DNA of 62,880 nucleotides, the filler included, from Octopus bimaculoides (lineage: Eukaryota), in the NCBI RefSeq assembly GCF_001194135.2. It is 8 parts of 7 records of this genome, joined end to end, with 100 filler letters (N's around TTAATTAATTAA, not from the genome) between each part and the next. Parts side by side here need not be neighbours in the genome. Positions count along the whole stretch, not along the records: positions 21,376 to 46,684 come from NC_068985.1; positions 46,785 to 54,101 come from NC_068988.1; 6 more parts are not named here. One strand, 5' to 3'. Below are positions 38,335-50,290 of the stretch, piece by piece. A program made the position numbers and the translations under genes. The notes under the pieces are model-generated. The model worked only from the letters and a program-made list of their open reading frames with translations, ran no database searches and was not told the origin of the DNA. Every line of letters begins with the position of its first letter. The stretch's first letter is position 1.

Positions 38335-38623
38335 CTCCAAATGCAGCAAGTTTCTGAATATAATTTTTACCTAATTGTTTGTTAGTTTCGTTTGCTGCTA
38401 AAAATGTTTTCATCATCCATGAGACTTTATTACTGAATTTCCCAATGAGAAATGTATCAAGCTCTGGATCGAGCTTATCAAGGATATTTTCCATAGCTTC
38501 TTTCAATTGTTCAATCTTACGACCAGACATTGATCCGCTGACATCAAGCATAAATATAATGTGTTTTGGAAGACTTGGTAAGGAATCAGGCGTGAAGAAG
38601 TGCACAAAGTAGCCATCAACTGC
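38335..38623 (-). CDS. ITIH-like gene exon, first half of vWA with MIDAS DVSGS
   Basis: AVDGYFVHFFTPDSLPSLPKHIIFMLDVSGSMSGRKIEQLKEAM; gcAG / GTATGT; 289 nt, phase 0-1. Confidence 0.95.
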
Positions 38624-38771
38624 CTGCGAAATGGGAGAAATGAATGAGAGCGGAAAAAAAAGTAGCAATATATGTCATTTAGATTACAGTATACGCAACA
38701 CAGATATTGTTGTACCTCGGGGGTGGGGGTGGAGTGGCGGTGTCGTTATGCCAATAATAAACAAACTCATT

Positions 38772-39173
38772 CTCTTTTACTCTTTTACTTGTTTCAGTCT
38801 TTTGACTGTGGCCATGCTGGAGCACCGCCTTTAGTCGAGCAAATCGACCCCAGGACTTATTCTTTCGAAGCCTAGTACTTATTCTATCGATCTCTTTTGC
38901 CGAACCGCTAAGTTACGGGGACATAAACACACCAGCATCGGTTGTCAAGCGATGTTGGGGGTACAAACACAGACACACAAACACACACACACATACATAT
39001 ATATATACATATATACGACGGGCTTCTTTCAGTTTCCGTCTACCAAATCCACTCACAAGGCTTTGGTCGGCCCGAGGCTATAGTAGAAGACACTTGCCCA
39101 AGATGCCACGCAGTGGGACTGAACCCGGGACCATGTGGTTGGTAAGCTAGCTACTTACCACACAGCCACTCCT
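38772..39173 (-). mobile_element. SINE family B, full length
   Basis: Reverse complement of the 23369 copy. Confidence 0.92.
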
Positions 39174-39194
39174 ACATATTTCATTTCTATTATG

Positions 39195-40600
39195 TTTTCT
39201 TTGCTCAGCTTTTTACGCTGGAGATGTATTACGGATTCAGTTGTTCACTACCATTAAACTAAGGAAACATTCCTTATTTTTCAAGTACCCTCCTGAGTAT
39301 TCCAGCCGTTCTAAGGCAGTGCTGTTTTCTGCAAGTGTCACACTCTCCATTTGTTCAATGTACATCTCAAGATCTTCAGTTTCTATTCCTAAGGTTTCGA
39401 CAATTATTAAGTATTACTATCACATTTCCCATCGACCACGACTGTTTAACCTCCCAAGCTAATCCTTCATATCTATCGAATTTTCTTCTTCATATCAAGT
39501 GTGCTGGACATGCTATATCAATGATCCAATACTGTTTGCTTTCTTTCTCCTTTATCACTATATCTGGTTTCCTACTTTTTATATCAAAGTTACACTGAAT
39601 CATAAAGTCCCACGGATTATTGCATTGTCATTTTCGATAATCCTTTCAGGTTTATGTTCATACCACTTTTCAGCTCAGTCAAATCCATATTTGTAGCAAA
39701 GTGCCCAATGGACTATCCTTACTATGTTGTCATGCCGCCTCATATTCTTTCTTAGCTAGTAGTGTACATTGACTGGCAACATGTCGCACAGTTTCCCCGT
39801 TCTCTCTACAAACTCTGCACTTATCCCTTTCTGCTATGTGGTCTGTTCTGTGTTTGATGTAATTAGTTCTTAATACTTGCTCTTGAGAAGTACAGATTAA
39901 GGCTTCCGTTTCCGGTTTTAAACACTCTTAGCCATCTATAAATACCTTTTTCCGTTGTCCTATCTTCAATATGTCTATGCAATTGTTCATGCATTCTTTT
40001 TTTATCCACCTATTTTCAGTTTCATTTATCTTCAAATGTTTGCACTGTGTTTTATCCTTTCAATCTTCAATTTTGCTCGGGTCTGACCTTATTTTAACAA
40101 TAGCGATTCTGTGTCATTTTTGTTTTGTACCATACCATATTTTTTGCTCCTGCTCTAATGTTGTGTTTGCACTCAATCATTCCTCTTACACCTCTTTTTC
40201 TTGAAACATACAGTCTGTCTGGATCACTCTTTGGGGAAATACCTCATACCTAGTCAATAACGTTTTTGTCTTTCAGTCTAAGCTGCATATTTCTTCTACT
40301 ATCTACACAATTACTCTTGCTCCATATCTAAGGAGTGAAACTGCCTAAGTATTGATTGCTTCAATCTTTTCCGCCCATTCAATTTCGACTTAAGAACAAG
40401 TCTCAGTCTGTGCAAGAATTCCACCTTAAATTTTTCCGTTATTTCCCCCTCCATTACTTTGTCCATTTCCAATATACAACAAGTACTTATAGCATGTTTC
40501 TTCTATATTCTTCATACCCTCTCCCGATGGTAGTATCAACCTATCCATGCGTTTAGTTTTTCTTCTGTTCAACGCACCACTCTTTCCAAACAGTCCAAAC
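39195..40600 (-). mobile_element. R4/Dong-like non-LTR element, degenerate 3' portion (zinc knuckle + RLE)
   Basis: Minus strand gives KCRVCRENGETVRH, RHDNIVRIVHW and KWYEHKPERIIENDNA; 3' end resembles 34150-34300. Confidence 0.85.
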
Positions 40601-40847
40601 TCCATTCTGTTAGCACTGAACGAAACACCGTATTAACGAGCGAACTGATCTGGAATTCTTCCTTATCGTAATAACCACTGAACCATGCTTTTGTCTAAAT
40701 TACTATAGTATATTATCTTATTTTGTAACGAATCTTGTGTATAGCAACAACAACAACAACAACAACAACAATAAAACATGAGAACTGGAGTATAATAAGC
40801 CATTGTAAATCACAGGTTTAGAATTTTACATACAAATATTATCTTAC

Positions 40848-41011
40848 ATATATTAGATTTGAATTATTTTGACGATCTACGTCATATTCCACTCTGAGTA
40901 AACCTGCAATACCATTTTTCTCTGATATTTCCTCTTGTTGTTTACGACTTGGGTTGTATTTGATGTAAACCTCTCTACTGCTGATGTACTCGATTGAAGC
41001 AGACTCCAGCT
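40848..41011 (-). CDS. ITIH-like gene exon (LESASIEY...YNPSRKQQ...GIAGLLRVEYDVDR)
   Basis: Matches the ITIH segment before vWA (F.P...QQ...G..G.F.V.YDV.R); acAG / GTAAGA; 164 nt, phase 1-0. Confidence 0.9.
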
Positions 41012-42739
41012 CTGTTTGAAAATCAAACAACAGTATCTTAATTTATATCTGTAACAGAGTTGAATAAATGCCCGTTATTTCGATATCATTAACACTAAAA
41101 TCAACATCACTATTAGATATCGCGAAACCAATGTAAATTCACATGCTGGAGAACTTTCTCTTCATCCGTTCAGTTTCTTAGTGCATCAGTGAAGTACTGA
41201 AGACAGACCGCGTGTTTTACGGCCTGAACTTTGACACAATGCCCTAACCTTTCTAGACTTATTCCAGCATTGATCAAGCAGGTTTATGATAAAACATGTC
41301 CATCTTTGGTTATCTTGTTTTTTTATTTTCGAACATAGTGTATTTTGGTTTTCAACCCCACTTCTTTTGTTTGTTTTTATGCGGCAAGATGTGATATGAG
41401 GAAGGTTGAATTCATATTTCGAGAGAGTCGATGTCGACATACAGACTTTCTCTACTCCGTGTTTAGTGATTAATAAGGATATTGAATAAAACAGTTGAAA
41501 GATGAAGTATTCGTACATCTATTTTCGCTACCTATTATTCCTGGAGGGGTTGTGGTGGTGGTAACTTCAGGCATCTCCTCCATAGGGTCCTATCAGAAGC
41601 AACTGTCATTACACTTTCCGGCTGGATTCCCAAGCGTGATCGACCGAGACTATGAATATTCTACAACCATCTCATTCGTGGTCTACCTCTAAGTCTCCTA
41701 CCTGTTGGCTCAGCTCGAAGAATCTTGTTGCAATCCTTTCTTGTGGCATTATAACCACATATTCGTAGTGGGAGCTCTGAGTTCTAAGTGTGGAGAAGTA
41801 GCAGCTTGACTTGGAGAGACTACTGGGTCTCCAAGCTATACACCCTGTCAATTAACGTTACTCCAGAGATCCGTCGGAGGAAACCAGTTTCGTCCTCCTG
41901 TATTCGTGATCATATTCTTCCGGTCATTAACCAACATTTATGACCACAGGTGAGAGCAGGTGCGAAAATGGAACTGAAGATAGCAAGGTTGAGTTTTACC
42001 AACTTCTCTTCTTCCGAGGGTTGAAATACTGAAGCTGGTGTATTACTGAGCAAGCACCTGCAAGTCTAGCATCCAATCCAGCCTTCTACCTCCCATGACT
42101 CGTTAATATGGTCCCGAGATGCTTAAACTTCTCTGCTTGCCTCAGTAATGTTCCATTAATAAGCAGGTGGTATCCTGGTAATGTTCTATAATGTTCTATA
42201 ACGCACAAGGACGTTAAATGTCGTGTATAGTAAGGTTAAACAGTCATAAGGTTAACAGCAGGCAATTGGCTGTGATTTTTAGATCACGAAATCATGAACA
42301 AATGGTGATAGTAAAGAAAATACTTGGTGTATTATGAGTAGAAATGAAATTAAAAAAAGTGAGAACCTCGTCTCTGGTAGTTTGTTGCATCACTGGCAAC
42401 TATCATTTTGTTCTGAACTTGTAATTACTTGAGTACATTAATTGTTATGGCTTTCCCTGTCATACACACTAATCATTTCAATGTCTATTTTTCCATGCTT
42501 GAATCGGTCAGACGGAATTCATTAAGACAGACTTTCTACGGCCGGATGTCCTTCCTGCTAACTACACTCACCTGTTTCCAATTAAGGCAATATTTCTTCA
42601 TGGCCGGCAGCGTTTTTCACAGAAAACCTAGAAACGAACGACACCGCATGTAAGACGCTGATACTCGTTTTACAACCTTCATATGAAGTTAAGACAAGTA
42701 GACACAATCTGCATCCCTTCCTTGTTTCTTTCTATGTTC

Positions 42740-42790
42740 CTTTCTGTTGAAGAGCATAGGCTCGAAACGTTAAAGACTTTCTCTATTCCT
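42740..42790 (+). ncRNA. Candidate minimal type I hammerhead motif (degenerate)
   Basis: TTGAAGA-GCATAGGCTC-GAAACGTT with palindromic ACGT stem III; U at position 3; weak stem I. Confidence 0.3.
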
Positions 42791-44089
42791 GAGCGTTACA
42801 CTAATACATCCATTTGTTGTCTACACCACCTGTCTTCGTCTGTTGTTTTTTTCGTGAATTCTCCCTATNNNNNNNNNNNNNNNNNNNNNNNNNNNNNNNN
42901 NNNNNNNNNNNNNNNNNNNNNNNNNNNNNNNNNNNNNNNNNNNNNNNNNNNNNNNNNNNNNNNNNNNNNNNNNNNNNNNNNNNNNNNNNNNNNNNNNNNN
43001 NNNNNNNNNNNNNNNNNNNNNNNNNNNNNNNNNNNNNNNNNNNNNNNNNNNNNNNNNNNNNNNNNNNNNNNNNNNNNNNNNNNNNNNNNNNNNNNNNNNN
43101 NNNNNNNAATTACAAATTTAGGATTTTATCAATAGAACCGCAACTCCTATTTCAGAACAACCTTATTGTATGGAGTACACATAGAAAGTTATATCCAATA
43201 AAATAATATAAGCATTTAAAAAACCTAATATAAAATACAATAAAATTATTGAAAAGATATTTGAAAAAATATATGTAACTTACCTGTTATTAGTCTGTGG
43301 GGAAAGAAGATTTGTGTGTGGGGGAAAAGGTGCGTGGCCTAGTGGTTAGAGGTGTTGCACTCACGATCGTAAGATCGTGGTTTTAATTCTCAGACCAGCT
43401 ACACGTTGTCTTCATTTCATATTGCTTCAGTCGACTCAGTTGTAAATGGGTAACCCTGCGACGGCACCTTGGGCAAGTATCTTTTATTGTAGCCTCGGGC
43501 TAATCAAAATCTTATGAGTGGATTTGGTAGACAGAAACTGAAAGATGCCCGTCGTATATGTATGTGCATGTGTTTCGTTGCCTTTACGTCCTGAGTTCAA
43601 ATTCCGCCGAGGTCGACTTTGCCTTTCATCCTGTTGGACACTAGGGTCAATGTAATCATTATCCCTTCCTTGAAGTTGCTGGCCTTGCTCCAAAATTTGA
43701 AACCAATATTAGGTAGGATGCTTCAGTTAAACATACATATGCAAGATTGCATCTAAAAGAAGAACATTCGATATATTGTGAAAGAATCACTGGTCAAGGA
43801 ATTATAGCTTTTAACTCGCATATGTGCTCTTTCCTCTCTCAATATTTTCTATAATGTAACTATAATGATCTCAATATTTTGACATACCAAGCTGAATGCC
43901 ATCTCTACTCCTCGATAATCCTATTTCTCCTTATCGCATTGTTGCCAGTGTCTCATCTTTCAAATTCAATATGGCTGAAATCCAATGACTTAAAGCAGGA
44001 AAAGATAAAGGATATATGTATGAAAGCTGTTGACTTTCTCATTAGTCCAGTAAATTTTTGACTGCACCATCTCTGGTTCACATATTTCT

Positions 44090-44290
44090 ATCATCATCAT
44101 CATCATCATCATCATCACCATCATCTACAGCATCATCATCACCATCATCATCATCATCTAGCGTCTGTTTTCCATGCTTGCATGTGTTTGACGGTTAGAC
44201 AGGAGCTGACAAGCTGGAGAGCTGCCCGGCCTCCATGTCTGCTTTGGCACGGTTTCTACGGCTGGATGCTCTTCATAATGCCAATATATA
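44090..44290 (-). mobile_element. Degenerate RTE 3'-UTR fragment
   Basis: (CAT)n then gcgtctgttttccatgct...tttctacggctggatg. Confidence 0.7.
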
Positions 44291-44403
44291 TTTTTGGGCA
44301 TGCACTAATGCTGTAAAGCATGTAGAGCCATTGATTTATGAGGATTATAAGGGAAATCATTATTAAAAATATAAAGTAAATCAAGCAGAAATGATTTACC
44401 TAC

Positions 44404-44654
44404 CTTCATCATCAGTAATAGTCGTTAATTTATCACCTTTAATTTTTGGAACAGATAAATCAATAATGTCTTGGGGTTCTGCAATGAAGACTTCGACTAA
44501 AAAGTCATCAATAATTCCACCATTGGACAAATGAATGACGTGCCTGTATTTATTGTTCTGTCGTGTCAGAAGTTCTTGGTAAGTCAAGTTGTAAACTATA
44601 TACTTTTGTGGTTCAACATTAACAGATATATCAAAGACATTTGTGAAGCGGTGT
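44404..44654 (-). CDS. ITIH-like gene exon, end of VIT domain
   Basis: HRFTNVFDISVNVEPQKYIVYNLTYQELLTRQNNKYRHVIHL...VEVFIAEPQDI; ccAG / GTAGGT; 251 nt, phase 2-1. Confidence 0.92.
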
Positions 44655-44753
44655 CTGGAAAATGATAGAAAAATAGGTAAATGATTTTAAAGATATTGTA
44701 ATTAGAATACTAAGAGCAGAAAATATCAAATATGAAGAAAATAAAAAAATTAC

Positions 44754-44864
44754 TTGACTTCAACATAGCCAGCACTTTGCCCTGTTTCAATGGCATGTTC
44801 ATAAAAATCCTTAGCAATCGATTTTTCTTTTACTTCTCCCACAGTCACATTTCCATCAATTTCC
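44754..44864 (-). CDS. ITIH-like gene exon, VIT core (EIDGNVTVGEVKEKSIAKDFYEHAIETGQSAGYVEVK)
   Basis: Classic VIT pattern IDG..G.VKEK..A...Y..A...G..AG.V; gcAG / GTAATT; 111 nt, phase 2-2. Not in the ORF track. Confidence 0.92.
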
Positions 44865-46784
44865 CTGCAATCACCAATAGAAAAAAAAAATATATAATCA
44901 ACATTGAAATTAATTGTATTTTCGAATATTTCTTTTCCATAGAATCAATATACGTTGTGAAAGTTTTAATGATGGTGCATGTTTTCTACAACTTCTTCAG
45001 AAATAAGATTAATTTACTATTCTGGAAAATAAGTACTGTCTAAGTGTCTATGGCGTATAAGTGGCCGAGATCACATTTCTTCTAAACAGGACGCCAAAAC
45101 GTTGCAGGGTTACTCATTTACAACTGAGTAACCTGGGACAACGTGAAATGAAGTGGGTTGCCCAAGAATATAACCCTCCACCTGGTCCGGGAATCGAAGC
45201 CACTATCTTGCGAACGTAAGTGCAACACCTTAACAACTGGACTATGCGCCTTCGTTCCAACGAATATGATAATCTAAAATTGAAATGCAAAGCAAGAACA
45301 GAATAAAGAAGAATTACACCTCGTACTAATAACTTAATAGTGAAAATATATCCGTATTTGGTTAAAATTTATAAATTTTTAACATTAATTAACATGTTGC
45401 CACAAACAACATTATAACCAACCTATTGTTTAGCTGGATAGATATTGAGTAAAAGTAAAAGCTTATTTTGTTAAAATATATGACAAAGACCAATTTTTAT
45501 TTGTTACTTTCATTAATTAGAAGAGGAAGAATTTATGATTTTCCGAATTAATGATTTTCTCAGGGCCTCCAGTGCTGGTAGGAGAATGGGGAGAGGTTAT
45601 CTTCTTACCGGAAATGTTACCCAAATTTTTGGCCTCATATAAAGACATCCAAATGGTAGATAGTGGTGCTAAATCTACAACTTAAGAACAAGAACAAGCT
45701 CTTAGACGAGCTTCCATACAAATTTCGTCTAATTAATGCCACTCTCAAAGCTTTGGTCGACCCGAGACTGCGATAGAAGATACTTAGCTTAAGTATCGCG
45801 CAGTGGAATTTAAGCGAAAACCCCATGGCTGCAACATGAGCTTTATAACCACAGCCATTCCTGCGCTCATATACTTAGTAATATCTTTCACTTTGCTATA
45901 AGTTGTAATTTATCGACAGAACAACGATATTAACCGATCTCGAAGAATAGTAACTTTTGCACCGATGCCCAAACCATTTTCCCCTGAGAATTTGGGTGAT
46001 AATCTATTGATTAATTCCGCAGCATATCTATACATATCAACATAATTACACAAGTGTGCTCCATCATGACATACCTAAATACTTGAAAATGCGTATTTTT
46101 GTCAAATTTCCCGGTGATACATTTTACAGGCTGTCAGTTATGATTATGTGGTGAGAGTAGTTTGGAAAATTAAAAAGAAGAATTTTGGGAGATTACCTCC
46201 TCCCACTTTTCCCCACTCAAACTTTTGCAAAATATACCTATGATATAGTGAAGAAACTGCTGATTAATTAGTAAGACGTATGTAACTTTTACTAAAAGAA
46301 AGCAATTATCAAAGGATACACTCTCTCGAAAATTCTTAAAAATTCCAAATATAACATATATAGCTAGCTAGAGGCGATGGCTTCTTGGAGCTAATTCACA
46401 GCAGCTTTCGTCCTAATTTTGGGACTGCCATGTTGGCTTGGCGATAGCTATTAATTTCCAGTACCGCTGCCGTAGTCTCCTTTAGAGAGACTTAGAAATA
46501 TTAATAACTCTATTTCTGAAAATCAGTGGATAGATTCCACTGAAATTAGATAAATAACCTTCGAACAGATAGTCAGCAGCGCCTCCTGGCTAAGGCTTGG
46601 CTGCTCTGCATTGACAAGGGGCAACACCCTGAAACTAGTCTGCAGATGCCAAACCAGCAGGGGGACACTGCTGACCTCCCCTGTNNNNNNNNNNNNNNNN
46701 NNNNNNNNNNNNNNNNNNNNNNNNNNNNTTAATTAATTAANNNNNNNNNNNNNNNNNNNNNNNNNNNNNNNNNNNNNNNNNNNN

Positions 46785-46837
<53 letters not shown>

Positions 46838-46896
46838 TATACATATATATACGTATATATACATATACATATATATATACATAGACATATATATAT

Positions 46897-47344
46897 GCAT
46901 TCACCCTTAGTGGTTAGCCGCATTTAAGTGGCAAATATACTTCACGTTGTCGTGCAGCTACTGTTTATACCTCGTTCAGAGATTTATTATTGCTTGTTTA
47001 CACTTTTTCGAGATCAGTGACTTTTCATCACTGGAAAAAGGATATGTATGTAATTGCATCGGGTCTCCTTCGCATCGAAGACCGGTGATTGTCGTGCGCT
47101 GACGAAGGGTAAATACCCAGAAACTCGGGTCCGTGCGTATCACGTCATGTCGACGATGGGAAGGATGACTTCCCTTTGCAAATACTGATAGGGCACAGAA
47201 AGTGTGTCAATAGCCAGGCGAGGTGTTCTCCTGGGGCTAAAGCTACAGTTGCATTCGCCCTTAGGGGTTAGCCGCATTTAAGTGGCAAATATACTTCACT
47301 TTGTCGTGCAGCTACTGTTTATATCTCGTTCAGAGATTTATTAT
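46897..47344 (+). mobile_element. Retrozyme-like or Penelope-dependent non-autonomous element: 354-bp unit with 94-bp terminal redundancy, inserted in (TA)n
   Basis: 46897-46990 and 47251-47344 differ at 4 positions; internal hammerhead and several hairpins; (TA)n on both flanks. Confidence 0.7.
47087..47141 (+). ncRNA. Type I hammerhead ribozyme
   Basis: Stem I cgtgcg 47093-98 / cgtgcg 47132-37 (4 Watson-Crick + 2 G-U); CTGACGA 47099-105; stem II gggt/accc with aaat loop; GAAA 47120-23; stem III ac-tcgg-gt; GTC 47129-31. A.A mismatch at the base of stem II. Confidence 0.75.
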
Positions 47345-48514
47345 ATATATACATAAACACATATATATCACACACACACATATATGTGTATATATATATG
47401 TAAGGAACGACCGAGCGAACTCAAAAAGGAGAAATGGTGACGAATGGAAAAACAGAGGACTCCTTTTATTTAAACGCGTCACACGGTCGAACACAAAATT
47501 ATATATCAATAATGATATATATGATATGTTATACGACGATAACATAGATGAATTCGTAAATACCAGTAATGAAGACTATAGAAGGCAACCGTATAAGATG
47601 AATAACAGTGATATTTATTATGGCGTTAAAGATGTATGTCTGTGTGTGAGTGTGTATGCGACATATAAGAACATAATCAAAGACAGGCCGTCGTACAAAG
47701 AAAAGTATGTATGTGAGTGATACATGTGTGTGTATGATAGTTATTACAGCAGATGGAAAGAGAGTCAATAACACGAGAGCATTTTATACCAGTTCTTGTG
47801 TACACAATAGTATGAGTCTGTATGTGAAAGTTGGGGAGGCTGTGTGTGGCAGAGCTGATCACTAGCCGTGATGTCGTGGCATCGATGCCGGGCCGTGATT
47901 CTTGTTTTACAGATGTTCGTCGCTGGCTGAGATTCTTGTCTGNNNNNNNNNNNNNNNNNNNNNNNNNNNNNNNNNNNNNNNNNNNNNNNNNNNNNNNNNN
48001 NNNNNNNNNNNNNNNNNNNNNNNNNNNNNNNNNNNNNNNNNNNNNNNNNNNNNNNNNNNNNNNNNNNNNNNNNNNNNNNNNNNNNNNNNNNNNNNNNNNN
48101 NNNNNNNNNCTGTTGAAGTGGTCGCTGGCTGATTGTTGCTGCTGCTGTCGTGTGGTACACGGAACAGTCTCTAAGAGAAACTGGACCGAGACAAATTTGC
48201 TGGGTATGAGTTGCTCTATTTAAGGCGTTAAGGGGGCTCCCAGACGGGAGTAGAAAAACACTATCACGTGACCTTATTAAGGGCTGTGATTGGTCAGTTT
48301 GCGTTCTGGCGGGAACGGTTCGAAGAAGTTGCCGCTTCGAATATTAATCAGTCATGTGATGACAAGGAATGGGTTCTCTGCTACGCTCGCGTTTGTTTAT
48401 ATTTAAATGAGAAGAATGGCGATAGCAGTTTTGTATCTAGTGACGATAGGTAGAAGAGACGATAGGTAGTTTCACTACATATACATATAGATAAGTACGA
48501 TAAGGCACTTAAAA

Positions 48515-50290
48515 ATGCAGGCTATAGAGGTAGAATTAAATATATCTCACACGCAAATGCAACTAACAGAAATAATATTGACAACATTAAATACAGAACA
48601 TAAAAAGATACCTAAACTAAGTAATAAAGCACAGAAAGCTATAGCTCACGACACTAACAGGATCGGAATGAGTAACACTAAGAAGAACTATAATAATAAC
48701 AGAAATACAACAGGTGGAATAGCAAAGGGAACTAGACGAGGTATGAATGATGCCAATAAACCCTTTAATCACGAAAACCACAGTAACGACTCAAAATATT
48801 ACCAGCAGAAACCAAGTCCTAGCACCAGTAATGGTGGTATTAACGCGCATAGCCTAGATAATAAAACTAATGATAATAAACATATACACAACATGCAACA
48901 CTCTGACAGCTATAAGCACGTGTCATTCGGCAAGATTACCGGTAAATCGAGAGACTTTAACTGGCTCATACTTCTATATGCGGTGCAAATAAGGACCGAC
49001 TTAGCCAACATTATAAATAAACACTTTGATAAGAATAGCAGGTATTCAGAACTTATTAATAGTAGAGTAATAAAGACAGGTTATAGTCTTGCTTAGCCAG
49101 CATCATATCCTCCTTGAATAAAAAAAAACAAAAAAACTGGACACTTGCTATTTAAATAGAAGCAAGAATTACAACCACAGCAGTAATAGTAAGAGTAAAA
49201 ACAATCTAATTTTAATTATATTATGATATATATTAAGTAAGATTTAGTAAACTGTAGTAGAACCTGGAGTTTGTAATCATGTTAGTAAATATCAAGTGAT
49301 TTAACTTGTAATCGTTTAACTGTTTGGGGGTTTTGTACTTTTGCCCTCTTGTACGTCTAAGAGGCAGAATGCACTCAGGAATGTGAAGACGTTTACTTGT
49401 TTGTCTAGTATTACCACCACTTGGAAGTATGCTGGCTATTCAAGATGTCAGATTTAGCATTATATTTCGAAGGTAATTTCCACTAGTATTCACCTCCCTA
49501 TCAGTAGTCTACCCTTAACTGTAAAACAGTTGATAGCCGTATTGGTTGCTCGTACTTATCTTCTTTTTTTTTTTATTTCTATTTTATGTTATGTTGAGGT
49601 GGTGTAGAAGGGCATAAGCAGCCTCGTGCCTACTTATGACATAGTCTTCCCTCCCACGCCTGTTTATTTACTTATTCATTTTCTTCTTTATTTACGTCTA
49701 CCCCTGTAATGATCTTAACTTGCCCTTGGTTTAAATATAACTGACCAATTGTAGAGATAACTGGACTTTGGTCAATTCCATCATGGACAACAAGCGTTTG
49801 GTCTCTTGAATATTTCAGTAAGTACACCTTTATAAAAACTCCATGGGTTTGGTTTTGGATAAATATTAATTAGTTCTATTTACGAAATCTTAAATACTAT
49901 TCGTTTTCTAGACATACTGGCGATTCCTATTTTACTTTAGCACCAGGTTTATCCTACTACTATTTTTTGCACTATGGTACCACTACATAAAGAGATAACC
50001 CATAAATTATTTCTCTAGCTCATTTGCTAGTACACTCTTTGCCTATCAACTTCAAGCTTCACACTGAAAAATGGATTGATTCTAATATATTGAGCCTTCT
50101 GGCCACATCTTGAGGCCCTGTACTTTCCTCTTCCCTCTTTTCTTCGTTTATTTTATTTTCTGTATTTGTATTCACTCTGAAGAAGCTCCATATACTAGAT
50201 CGAATGTGCTATAAAGATGGCGAATATTATTTTCAGAATTTTCTTTGTAAGCACCCATTGACATCGGCAGCTGAAACGGCTGTAAGAAAT
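48515..50290 (+). mobile_element. Probable degenerate Penelope-like element with a 3' hammerhead-like motif
   Basis: ORF 48515 ends LANIINKHFDKNSRYSELINSRVIKTGYS, resembling the PLE pattern LIDKHF...IFNRNTVKVSYS; CTGAAGA...GAAACGGCTGTA at 50177-50284. Continuity across the interval is assumed. Confidence 0.4.
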
